Positions 1 to 9,005 of a stretch of DNA of 64,000 nt are shown here, one piece after another. The notes under the pieces were generated by a model. That model ran no database searches. It saw nothing but the letters and a program-made list of their open reading frames with translations, and was not told the DNA's origin. Source of the DNA: a virus; IMG/VR virus record IMGVR_UViG_3300043410_001024, positions 35,682 to 99,681 of that record; one strand, 5' to 3'. The position numbers were made by a program, and so were the translations under genes. Every line of letters begins with the position of its first letter. The stretch's first letter is position 1.

Positions 1-168
1 TCGTATATGAATAATAATGTTGCTAAATTACAAATAACCTTACCACTAATTAACAATGAACAAGTGGTAATCCCATATGCTGGTAAATGGGATGTAACAT
101 TATATACACATAGAGAAGCACAACGTCAAAGTATCTCTAAAGTATTAAAACCACGTGCAGATTTATAA
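1..168 (+). CDS. 3' end of a probable neck/head-completion protein (gp14-like), truncated by window start
   Basis: Frame 1 is open from base 1 to TAA 166-168 (...HREAQRQSISKVLKPRADL*). It lies directly upstream of the gp15-like gene. Confidence 0.5.
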   Translation, partial: SYMNNNVAKLQITLPLINNEQVVIPYAGKWDVTLYTHREAQRQSISKVLKPRADL

Positions 169-180
169 CCAAACTTTTAT

Positions 181-214
181 GGAGGCAACGGTTTGACACC
201 GTTGAAATATTATT
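181..214 (+). promoter_or_regulatory. Shine-Dalgarno GGAGG + 7-bp hairpin + ATT start
   Basis: GGAGG 181-185; stem CAACGGT 186-192 / ACCGTTG 198-204; 7-nt spacer; ATT 212-214. Confidence 0.6.
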
Positions 215-1678
215 CAACATTTTTATGATGGGCAAATACGAAGATATATTACCCAAACAATACGTATTTTAAGTAATTTCACTGTTAGATACAACGATGG
301 AACTTTGTCTAGGGTTCCTGTAATGTACGGTGATATGGATAGACAAGCCGCTAATATTCTTCGCCAAAATAGTGAAAATAAAATCAATTCAGTTCCCCGT
401 ATGTCGGTATATATTAAAGAATTAGAATTAGATAAAACACGACTTGCGGATCAAACCTTCATTGGTAGAAAAAATATTAGAGAGCGTGGCGTTTCAAATG
501 GTCGATATAATAGCTCAACTGGTAGAAATTACACAATCGAACGTATAATGCCAACACCATTTAATCTTACAATGAACGTTGATATATGGACCGCAAATAC
601 AGACCAAAAGTTACAATTATTAGAACAAATTTTAGTGTTGTTCAATCCTAGTTTAGAGATTCAAACCAACGATAACTATATTGATTGGTCTAATATATCT
701 GTGTTAAACTTGAAAAATATTGTATGGTCTAGTAAAAGTGTACCGGTTGGCACTGATTCACCAATTGATATAGGGACACTGACCTTAGATACCCCGATAT
801 GGATTAACCCACCTGTTAAGGTAAAACAACTTGGTATTGTTACCAATATTATTACATCATTATATTCGAGTGCATATACAAGCAAGACTGGATATATTGA
901 GGGTCTTGGTACAGATGCCGCACATCCAACTGTTACTATGCAGTCACTTATGGAAAAGATTGTTACAACTATCACTGATTATAAAATAGAAGTGTATAAT
1001 GGTGTTGTTATGTTACTAGAAAGTTCATTACAGGCCAATAACATAAGCGAGTTACCAACTCGTCATGGTTCGGCAATAAGTTGGTTAGATGTATTTAATA
1101 AGTATCCAGACCAATTTCACGCTGGTGTCAGTCGATTATATTTGGTTCAGCAAGATGGGAATGAAATAGTTGGTACAGTTAGTTTAAATGAATCAGATCA
1201 AACACAACTACTAGTTGAGTGGGACCCAGATTCACTTATACTAGACACATTGATTGATACAAATGGATATATGTATGGCGACTCGCAATTTGACCAAACC
1301 ACCGCTCGTAGTAAAGTTGATGCAATCATTGATCCAACCACTTACAATCCTAAACGACCATTAAAAGAATCAGCTGACCAACCAATTCCACTTGGTATTA
1401 GATATTTAATCATAGAAGACATTGGTAATGAATCAAATGTCGATGGCGCGGATGCGTGGAAATCCTTAAATGGTGATGATTTAGTTGCACATGCGAATGA
1501 CTTAATTGAATGGGATGGGGAACGCTGGAAAGTAATCTTTGATTCTATAAACGAAAATGATACAATGGTATGGCAAACCAACATATATACAGGTGTACAG
1601 TATCTATGGAATGGTGCCGCATGGGTGATATCATTTGAAGGAATTTATGATGTTGGATATTGGCGTTTAGAATTATAA
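212..1678 (+). CDS. gp15: Tail terminator / sheath stabiliser (T4 gp15-like) with C-terminal extension, probable ATT start (488 aa)
   Basis: The frame of track ORF 305..1678 stays open back to TGA 203-205 and reads (I)QHFYDGQIRRYITQTIRILSNF...RVPVMYG...PRMS...PTPFNLTMNVDIW...QLLEQILVLFNP, which are gp15-family motifs. No ATG/GTG/TTG lies between 206 and 304. Confidence 0.75.
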   Translation: MQHFYDGQIRRYITQTIRILSNFTVRYNDGTLSRVPVMYGDMDRQAANILRQNSENKINSVPRMSVYIKELELDKTRLADQTFIGRKNIRERGVSNGRYNSSTGRNYTIERIMPTPFNLTMNVDIWTANTDQKLQLLEQILVLFNPSLEIQTNDNYIDWSNISVLNLKNIVWSSKSVPVGTDSPIDIGTLTLDTPIWINPPVKVKQLGIVTNIITSLYSSAYTSKTGYIEGLGTDAAHPTVTMQSLMEKIVTTITDYKIEVYNGVVMLLESSLQANNISELPTRHGSAISWLDVFNKYPDQFHAGVSRLYLVQQDGNEIVGTVSLNESDQTQLLVEWDPDSLILDTLIDTNGYMYGDSQFDQTTARSKVDAIIDPTTYNPKRPLKESADQPIPLGIRYLIIEDIGNESNVDGADAWKSLNGDDLVAHANDLIEWDGERWKVIFDSINENDTMVWQTNIYTGVQYLWNGAAWVISFEGIYDVGYWRLEL

Positions 1679-1683
1679 AAACA

Positions 1684-2142
1684 ATGGAAAATATAGCTAA
1701 AGATAAAATAGTATGCAGTGGTGCGTTAATTTATTCAATTTCAACAAGTAGGGTATTATTGATTCAAAAAGCCGCTGGTAAACATCAAGGTTCTTGGGGT
1801 TTAGTTGGCGGTACTAATTTGATTCATGAAAATCCGTGGCAAGGATTACATCGTGAGATAGAGGAAGAAATTGGGTTTTTTCCAGAGTTTATTAAAGTAC
1901 TACCATTAGAAAAATTTGTGTCCAATGATAGTATTTTTAATTTCCATACTTACTTTTGTTTAGTTGAGAATGAGTTCATACCAATTTTAAGTGATGAACA
2001 TTGTGGGTGGGCTTGGTCCACTATTAATTCAGCACCAAAACCATTGCATCATGGTTTGCGAACTAGTTTTTCAAATAAAATAATTAAAGCAAAATTGCAA
2101 ACCATTTTCGAGTTATGTACCATAATAAACGCTAGTGAATAA
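1684..2142 (+). CDS. Nudix hydrolase (152 aa from ATG 1684)
   Basis: Nudix box G-x5-E-x7-REUxEExG matched by GTNLIHENPWQGLHREIEEEIG; SDEH..W.W motif near the C-terminus. Confidence 0.9.
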   Translation: MENIAKDKIVCSGALIYSISTSRVLLIQKAAGKHQGSWGLVGGTNLIHENPWQGLHREIEEEIGFFPEFIKVLPLEKFVSNDSIFNFHTYFCLVENEFIPILSDEHCGWAWSTINSAPKPLHHGLRTSFSNKIIKAKLQTIFELCTIINASE

Positions 2143-2167
2143 AAAAGGCCCGGTTAAGGGCCTTTTT
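2141..2167. terminator. Bidirectional rho-independent terminator
   Basis: AAAAAAGGCCC-GGTTAA-GGGCCTTTTT between convergent genes. Confidence 0.9.
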
Positions 2168-2168
2168 G

Positions 2169-5100
2169 TTATGCTTGGGCTTCACCCCATCTTAATACTA
2201 AGTTACACGGAATAGTACCAGAACCTGATGCACGATATATGTTAATTGCAAGTACGTCTGGTCCATTTGGGTAACACCCTCTACCACCTAATACTGTATT
2301 AGTTAACTCTTTCAATTGACTTAAATCTAATACACTTTGTGAGCCAGGTGCAGCAATAAATGAGAAAATCTGTTCTCCCGGTTGCGCATACGGTGGCTGT
2401 CCAAATTTAAAGGTAACTTGTGTTGTTCCTGGAACAATAGTTGTAACACTATCAGATGATTGGTTAAAACTTACTTTATAATACTGTGTTCCAAAAAATG
2501 AAACTAGTTGCACACTGTTGGTATATGTACTACCAGGGAAAATTCCTCCACTCGCAACCTCGGTACCAGTTGTCGCATTGGTGCTTTCCCAACTTGACTT
2601 TTGGAAGAAAATTTGGCTGGTTTTAACCGTTTGATAACTGTTCGTGACAGTGGCGGTTGTTGTTCCAGACACAGTGGCATTAGTATTTTTACTTAATGTA
2701 ATATAATAGTAACTTACTGAATTGTAAGTACCCCAAAAGGTTATAGCATTAATAACAGTTCCCGATTGGATACCTGATGCAGCTGTGATTGCTTGGCCAG
2801 TCGTTAACCCTTGACTAATATAAGATGCATAATTGGCCGATGTAATATAAATGTATGGTGAATTATTTTGAATTGATCTTGAGTCACCAGGAACAAGTTC
2901 AATAGCAATTGAGCCAGTTAAAAATGCCGCAGTTGTAATAGATGCGGTTGATTGTGTTGCACCACCAGCCCATACAACCGACCCACCTGATACCACCTGA
3001 CTAAAACTAGGTAAACCACCGGCACCGGATGATTGCAAACCATTCCACGCTACGTCCGTCACGTTAGACGGATAGTTTTGGGGATTTAATACTCCTTCAA
3101 CAATGATACCACCAGTACCACTATCTGCGGTAATTTCAAGCGCTTGAAGCAATAATTGGGCACGATTAATTAAATCTCTATCTCCCAGATCACCAATCAA
3201 TGAATTACTTACACTAGGGGCAAGACGAATCATAAACGCGGTTTGTTTAGTGGTAGATACTGGGATGTTTGTACTTTGATAGTTAAACAAGTAACCACGA
3301 TCGGAATCAAATCCACCATCTTGGATAAATGCACTACCCCAATGGCTGATATTTGGCGTGGCTGTTTGTGCAACTTGGATTACACCAGTAGTTGAAATAT
3401 GAGATGATGCGGAACCTGCTGAAAACACACGATTAGCCCCGGCTACATAATGTGTAATAGTTGCAGCACGCACACACCCGGTCAAATTACCTGGTCCGGT
3501 CGATGCACTTTTTCCGGTATATCTAATAAACTCGTTATCTAAATATACGGTACCGGCGGATGGGAATAATGTTAAATCTGAAATTGGCAATGATGTGTCT
3601 GATGCTGATACGGCAGCAGTTAACTGGCTTCTTGCACCTTCGTTAATTACTTCATATCGTACTGGACTATTACCCGATCTTTGATACGCTTCTCTATTTA
3701 AGTTATTATTACGCATTCTATGGGCGAGTATATAATTACCCTCATTTCCACGTAACATCCAATCAATAAACCCGGCACCATACCAAGTCCATTGCAAACC
3801 AATCATTTGCATTTTACTTACATCAATTTGATATCCGCTTGGATTAAATGGGCCATTAGAACCATCACATCTGTCAACATTCCATTTAGATTGTGGGACA
3901 ATTGTTTCTAAGGTTTTTGCAATCTTAATACCACTACTAATGTTGGTACCACGGTAATCAGGCGAAATTGTTAAACTTGTGTCCGACACTAATTGTGTTA
4001 CCACATGCGTCATCCCACGAATAACTATTCTATCACCTTCGATTAATTGTGACAAGAATCTAGTTGATATACCTGATACAACATTGCTATCAGGGGTTAC
4101 TGTTACCGTACCTGATAATTGAAACGTACTTGATCTACGACCAAGACTAAATGTTTGCCCATCATACTGGAAAAATTGTCCATTTTGGTCATCAAAAGTA
4201 CCAGCACGAACGATAGCACCAGTCCAATTCTTGACACACATATAACACGGGCCTTCTAATAATGCGGTCGTTGCACCAAGAACTGACGTTGCGGTTACAG
4301 TTAACGATCTTTCATCAATAATACTAACTACTTGGTATGTTCCAACATACCCTGATGTTATAATACCAAATAATTGCACAGTTGCACCAACTTGGCAGCT
4401 ATGATCGACGTCATCCGTAACAATAGTAATTGTGCTACCGATAGATGTACCACTTGCGGTGACACTTTTTAAATCGTAGTTTGGGGCGAATAATGCACCG
4501 GTGTTATAGTTAACTGCTTTACCAGATTGGTAACGAATATATTTTTTACTCATACGTATTGCGTGTGCACCATACGAGGGACCACCGGTACCTAAAATAA
4601 CACCGCCATCGATTGGACGATGTTGGAAAAATGCATCCGGGCGAGCATAAATAGTTGCGCCAATAGTACCAGTGATAACAGCGGCACCTCTACAAGTGTA
4701 AGTGAAGGTGGTCAAACTAGGCGTTGTTTCAACAAAGATTGGACCGCCAGCAATTGCATGATTTTGTGTATTACTTGAATCACTTGTTATTACAACCATA
4801 AGTGTGGTACCTGGTAGAAATCCATGCGCCGCTGGAAAGGTAACTGTAATAATTGGGGTCGCATCCGCAGAATAAGTAAACAATGGGGCACTCACTGAAG
4901 CACCTGTATAAAATCCGGCTTTACGTAATTGCAAATATGACGAATACAACGAATCACCATTTGTTGTTCCAACTTTTGCTTTAGCATAGTATGTAAAAGT
5001 TGTGGTGGATGCAGTTGTATTAATGATAAAACTACCTTCTGCACGACTGAAACCAGAAATCCCAGAGTTAAGACCTTTAATAGTAAACGGTTGACCAGCA

Positions 5101-5663
5101 GTCATTCCATGAACAGCACTAGTGGTAACTGTAATTAAACTTTCACCATTACTAGCATCAGTGGTAATAGCACTAACATTCATATCCGTACCGGGAATCT
5201 CGAAAACACTTGGATAGCCTCTCATCATACTAACTGCTTGCCATTTAGTAGGCTGTAGTCCGTATTCAAAGTCAGCATCAAGCATACTAACAGGTTGTGC
5301 AATACGAGTACGTTCAAATGCATCAGTACCCATTGGCCAGGGCCGAACTGTCATTTCAGGTTTTTCGTAAAAAATTTGTATAGCATCGGTGCTGCTATGT
5401 GTTGCAGTATTAACTGCTAATGTTATAGTCGTAATCCCATCATGATTTTCAAGTACATTCGTAAAATTAGTATCAGCTGCTCTACTAAAGGTTACAGTGG
5501 TACTTGCATTTGTTGTATCCGCAAAATTGTATAGTATAATGTTGCGTGTGGTATTAGTGATAACTAATAGTTGATTCAGGTCGTACTTTCCTGGTATTTT
5601 TATCGTGCCTACACCAGCATTTCCTGGGGTAAAAACATATTGTCTAATCTGACTTTTAGCCAT
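2169..5663 (-). CDS. Large virion structural / tail fibre-associated protein (1164 aa)
   Basis: Long ORF with SD GGAG and an upstream late promoter; Thr/Ser/Gly-rich beta-type modules (ITVT..AAHG repeats); fibre-cluster context. Confidence 0.65.
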   Translation of the reverse strand: MAKSQIRQYVFTPGNAGVGTIKIPGKYDLNQLLVITNTTRNIILYNFADTTNASTTVTFSRAADTNFTNVLENHDGITTITLAVNTATHSSTDAIQIFYEKPEMTVRPWPMGTDAFERTRIAQPVSMLDADFEYGLQPTKWQAVSMMRGYPSVFEIPGTDMNVSAITTDASNGESLITVTTSAVHGMTAGQPFTIKGLNSGISGFSRAEGSFIINTTASTTTFTYYAKAKVGTTNGDSLYSSYLQLRKAGFYTGASVSAPLFTYSADATPIITVTFPAAHGFLPGTTLMVVITSDSSNTQNHAIAGGPIFVETTPSLTTFTYTCRGAAVITGTIGATIYARPDAFFQHRPIDGGVILGTGGPSYGAHAIRMSKKYIRYQSGKAVNYNTGALFAPNYDLKSVTASGTSIGSTITIVTDDVDHSCQVGATVQLFGIITSGYVGTYQVVSIIDERSLTVTATSVLGATTALLEGPCYMCVKNWTGAIVRAGTFDDQNGQFFQYDGQTFSLGRRSSTFQLSGTVTVTPDSNVVSGISTRFLSQLIEGDRIVIRGMTHVVTQLVSDTSLTISPDYRGTNISSGIKIAKTLETIVPQSKWNVDRCDGSNGPFNPSGYQIDVSKMQMIGLQWTWYGAGFIDWMLRGNEGNYILAHRMRNNNLNREAYQRSGNSPVRYEVINEGARSQLTAAVSASDTSLPISDLTLFPSAGTVYLDNEFIRYTGKSASTGPGNLTGCVRAATITHYVAGANRVFSAGSASSHISTTGVIQVAQTATPNISHWGSAFIQDGGFDSDRGYLFNYQSTNIPVSTTKQTAFMIRLAPSVSNSLIGDLGDRDLINRAQLLLQALEITADSGTGGIIVEGVLNPQNYPSNVTDVAWNGLQSSGAGGLPSFSQVVSGGSVVWAGGATQSTASITTAAFLTGSIAIELVPGDSRSIQNNSPYIYITSANYASYISQGLTTGQAITAASGIQSGTVINAITFWGTYNSVSYYYITLSKNTNATVSGTTTATVTNSYQTVKTSQIFFQKSSWESTNATTGTEVASGGIFPGSTYTNSVQLVSFFGTQYYKVSFNQSSDSVTTIVPGTTQVTFKFGQPPYAQPGEQIFSFIAAPGSQSVLDLSQLKELTNTVLGGRGCYPNGPDVLAINIYRASGSGTIPCNLVLRWGEAQA

Positions 5664-5690
5664 TTAAAATGTCTCCATTTGTATTTTATA

Positions 5691-5697
5691 TATTTAT
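5691..5697 (-). promoter_or_regulatory. T4-type late promoter (ATAAATA)
   Basis: TAAATA core ~27 nt upstream of ATG 5663; same motif recurs before many structural genes. Confidence 0.65.
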
Positions 5698-5704
5698 TGC
5701 GTCA

Positions 5705-6481
5705 TCATCCACAACTTGCAAAAAATGATAGCATTCTTACTTGTTCTACATATCGTTTAGTAGATAACTCGTTTCGATTACTATTCCAATTTTCATCAGG
5801 GGTTGTAACGGATGCAGATGTAAATCGCCCAGGCGCGGCGGTTAATACACCAATTGATACGTTGTTTATTGAGCCAAGCGCGGTTGGTGTTATTGTTATT
5901 GTTCCAGTACCGGTTGGACTAAAGTTTATAGTTTGATTAATTGCGGTCGCATTAATACTGGTTGAATTTAAATATAAGGTACCAGAACCACCAAATGTTA
6001 CATTACCATTAGGCGAAACCGTTACATTACCAGTTGGGGAAACGGTCACACTTCCAGTTGGGGAAACCGTTACATTACCAGTTGGTGACAACGATACTAG
6101 CCCAGTAGATGTACAAGTCAATGATGTAAAGTTACCAGATGCCGCCACGGTTCCACCAATTGCCACGTTGTTAATCACCGATGTATTGGATGGATTTAAG
6201 TTAACCGTACCAGTTACCATTTGCAAAGTACCAGATAACGCTACCGTTCCAGCGACGGTCAAACCAGATAGTGTACCAGGTATAGAGGTAATACTAGCCC
6301 CTAGCGCAGTATGGGTGAGCAATGGGTCACCGTTATAACTAATATACGCACTACTAGTTAACTCAAGTCTATTACCAGTAACTGTAACTGTTTGAGTTAA
6401 TAAATTGCCGTCAGCATCAACTATAAAATATGGACTAACGTATCCTGATGCCGATCTAAATAATTCCGAAACTGTAACCAT
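5705..6481 (-). CDS. Short fibre-like structural protein (258 aa)
   Basis: INNVxIG...GxFTS modules, 8-aa VTVSPTG(N/S) repeats, C-terminal STKRYVE motif. Confidence 0.65.
   Translation of the reverse strand: MVTVSELFRSASGYVSPYFIVDADGNLLTQTVTVTGNRLELTSSAYISYNGDPLLTHTALGASITSIPGTLSGLTVAGTVALSGTLQMVTGTVNLNPSNTSVINNVAIGGTVAASGNFTSLTCTSTGLVSLSPTGNVTVSPTGSVTVSPTGNVTVSPNGNVTFGGSGTLYLNSTSINATAINQTINFSPTGTGTITITPTALGSINNVSIGVLTAAPGRFTSASVTTPDENWNSNRNELSTKRYVEQVRMLSFFASCG
5997..6091. repeat. Four 24-nt tandem repeats encoding (V/L)SP(T/N)G(N/S)VT
   Basis: GTTACATTACCAGTTGGGGAAAC-like units start at 5997, 6021, 6045 and 6069. Confidence 0.85.
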
Positions 6482-6490
6482 AATATTCCT

Positions 6491-7171
6491 TTAGCACATT
6501 ATCATACCGTATGCAGCGGCAAGCGTAGCCGCATATCCGATAGTTAACGGACTATTTGCACCGGATGGTTGTGTTGTCAAAGTGACAGTTGTAAATGTTC
6601 CAACTGCCGGTGTTATACTACCAATTGTCATGTTGTTAATCGAACCCGTAATAGTCGGGTTGATTGATAATACACCAGAACCAGTTGGACTAAGAGTAAT
6701 AGTTGAATTATTTCCAGTACATGACAAATTACCAGTAACGGTCAGTGAGGTAAATGTTCCAGCGGCCGGAACGTTTGCACCAATTGTTACATTATCTATA
6801 CTACCAGTTGTCGCTGGATTAATAGCAACGGTTCCTGATCCGGTTGGCGAAATTGTTACATTTCCAGTACTTGGACTTAATGAAACCGAGGTGGTTGCTG
6901 TCAATGTGGTAAATTGTCCACTTCTTGGAGTTGTTAGTCCAATAGTGGTATTGTTAATAGAACCAGTGGTTGATGGGTTTGCGGTTAACTGGTCGGTAAC
7001 TGTTAAACTTGCTAATGAAATTACACTACTAGCATTAAAAGTAACCGTATTCGTTGTACTATTAGTGGTAATAGAAATCCCATTTCCGCCCACAAGTGTT
7101 AATGTATTGTTAATTGGAGTTAAACTGATAGTTGGTTGCCCAGCCACTCCCAAGTATGTATAACTGTTCAT
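6491..7171 (-). CDS. Short fibre-like structural protein (226 aa)
   Basis: Three GSI(N/D)NxTIG..P..G.FT modules; start overlaps the stop of the upstream gene (ATGA). Confidence 0.65.
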   Translation of the reverse strand: MNSYTYLGVAGQPTISLTPINNTLTLVGGNGISITTNSTTNTVTFNASSVISLASLTVTDQLTANPSTTGSINNTTIGLTTPRSGQFTTLTATTSVSLSPSTGNVTISPTGSGTVAINPATTGSIDNVTIGANVPAAGTFTSLTVTGNLSCTGNNSTITLSPTGSGVLSINPTITGSINNMTIGSITPAVGTFTTVTLTTQPSGANSPLTIGYAATLAAAYGMIMC

Positions 7172-8334
7172 ACGCCTGCTCCAAGCAAAATAGAAGTTAG
7201 TTGTTGTTGTTTAATAAGAGAATTACCCGTATTTGCTATTTGGGTAATAGTCATTGATGAAAATCTTCCAGATGCCGGTACAGTATTACCTATAATAGTG
7301 TTATCTATAAATCCAACGACTGGAGATATCAAAACAGTATTGGTACCTGTTATAGAAATATTTTGATTTCCATTTAATATTAAATTAGAATTATTGGTTA
7401 TTGATGAAAATTTACCAGTTTTTGGTACATTTGCACCTATTATCATTTTATCACAATCACCAGTATTGGCTGGGGAAATAGTCAAGGTCCCGGTTGGTGC
7501 TATTGATACATTTTGTGATGTGTTTAATATCGTTGTATCGGTGGACGTCAATGACGTAAAAGTACCACTCACCCGTTGAGTATTTCCAATAGTAATATTA
7601 TTAATTTGGCTTGTGATCGCCGGTGATATTACAAAATTATTTGAAACAGAAATACTTCCATAGTTTGATATATTAAATGTTAAACTAGATAATGATGAGG
7701 CAAATGACAGATTATTATCAGAATTAGCAAAATTTAATTTAGTTAAAATAAAATCTGCGGAAAGTGTTGATTGTCCTGGCGATGCTATATTACTAATACT
7801 GGTAATAGATACTGTCCCAAACTCATTTACAGCAATATAATTGTCTGGTAAATTACTATACCAATTTCTATACGTACCTAGTTCACCACCTAAGCTATCA
7901 CTTCTTCCAGTGATGTCTGGAATTTGTAATGTGTTAATTCTTTCAGAATAAGTTGCTTTGTATGTTAATATAATATTGACTAATGGGGTGATTGTATCAG
8001 AATTGTTGTATGGTGTTGCAATCACTGAAACTGCGGATTCATTAACTGTTGCTGAGAACTTAACCAAATCACGCCCAGAGTTAGTTCTACCATATACTAA
8101 TACACTGGCAAAATTTACTCTAGCGGTAATTGTTACATTAACATGCTCAATGTCATTAGGGCCATATTCAATAACTATTTTATAGTCTGCACTTGAAAAA
8201 TCACCTACATTCCATTTATCAAATACAGTAGCTTCTGGGATTTTTACTACAGTACCTGTATACGATAAGTTTAACCCTCGTTTGAGTTTAAGAGTATTTT
8301 TCAACCCTGTTAAAAAAAAATTAGAAAACGTCAT
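7168..8334 (-). CDS. Structural protein with C-terminal fibre modules (388 aa)
   Basis: N-terminal beta domain, then three IxNxxIG...G.FS modules shared with the two downstream genes. Confidence 0.65.
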   Translation of the reverse strand: MTFSNFFLTGLKNTLKLKRGLNLSYTGTVVKIPEATVFDKWNVGDFSSADYKIVIEYGPNDIEHVNVTITARVNFASVLVYGRTNSGRDLVKFSATVNESAVSVIATPYNNSDTITPLVNIILTYKATYSERINTLQIPDITGRSDSLGGELGTYRNWYSNLPDNYIAVNEFGTVSITSISNIASPGQSTLSADFILTKLNFANSDNNLSFASSLSSLTFNISNYGSISVSNNFVISPAITSQINNITIGNTQRVSGTFTSLTSTDTTILNTSQNVSIAPTGTLTISPANTGDCDKMIIGANVPKTGKFSSITNNSNLILNGNQNISITGTNTVLISPVVGFIDNTIIGNTVPASGRFSSMTITQIANTGNSLIKQQQLTSILLGAGV

Positions 8335-8354
8335 AATATCTCATTGTTGTACTG

Positions 8355-8360
8355 TATTTA
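8355..8360 (-). promoter_or_regulatory. T4-type late promoter (TAAATA)
   Basis: TAAATA 20 nt upstream of ATG 8334, just after a terminator. Confidence 0.6.
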
Positions 8361-8377
8361 GTCAGTTTTTAAGCTGA

Positions 8378-8411
8378 TAAAAATCCCGCATACTACTAAA
8401 TATGCGGGATT
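8378..8411 (-). terminator. Rho-independent terminator
   Basis: 11-bp stem AATCCCGCATA / TATGCGGGATT running into a T-tract on the minus strand, just after stop 8424. Confidence 0.8.
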
Positions 8412-8423
8412 GATTTTAAACTA

Positions 8424-9005
8424 CTATTCCGCAGCTGGTGTATCAGTTACTACAGTATCATCAACTGATACCTCGTCAACTGGTTCGTTGACAATTGTTG
8501 GTTCAATCTCGGTTGGTAATGTACCGTTTTCAATCATCTCAGTAACTATTTCATTGTTTACAATAGTTAATGGGATTACAGATGCAGGATCATAGATTTT
8601 CCAATTTACTGTTAATTCATCCCACTCATACAATTTACCATCAGTTGGGTACGGAATTGGTGCTTCAAAACAACAATTTTTGGGATTAAATTTCCAACTT
8701 TTAAATGCAAGAGGATTAGATTTCCATCTTTCTTTTGTATCCTCTTGCATTTTCTTCATTTCAGTTTTTGTCAGTTTGGAAATGTTGTGAACATCATGAA
8801 CAACACCATCTATAAACTCATAGGTGGTCCCTTCCAATTTTTCATAAACTCCCAATTCAGGAACATCATTTCTTTGAAATTTTGCACAACCTTCTGGAAT
8901 ATTATTTTCTAAATTAATACCTGGAAAAATATATTGTAAATTACTACCAGCGATTGGATGGCCAACTGGTTCACCGTTTTCTAATCTAATATATAAATTA
9001 ATCAT
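8424..9005 (-). CDS. Tail fibre assembly-type protein (193 aa)
   Basis: Ends in the SW.F....C.FEAPIPYPTDGKLYEWDE...NW motif seen in small proteins downstream of Gly-rich fibre genes; acidic tail. Confidence 0.55.
   Translation of the reverse strand: MINLYIRLENGEPVGHPIAGSNLQYIFPGINLENNIPEGCAKFQRNDVPELGVYEKLEGTTYEFIDGVVHDVHNISKLTKTEMKKMQEDTKERWKSNPLAFKSWKFNPKNCCFEAPIPYPTDGKLYEWDELTVNWKIYDPASVIPLTIVNNEIVTEMIENGTLPTEIEPTIVNEPVDEVSVDDTVVTDTPAAE

Noticed and set aside
179-214. TGA read-through or alternative genetic code, since ATG 179 is in frame with the gp15-like gene across two TGA codons
   Set aside because: TGA ends other genes here (5705..6481, 7168..8334, 43218..44045, 49598..50611) and long genes are intact under code 11. 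An ATT start explains the site more simply.
6582-7163. Many antisense ORFs (e.g. 6582..7163, 15172..15588, 23175..23675, 27001..27516, 51498..51929)
   Set aside because: They are shadows of Thr/Gly/Ser-rich genes on the other strand, giving Val/Pro-rich translations without SD or motifs.
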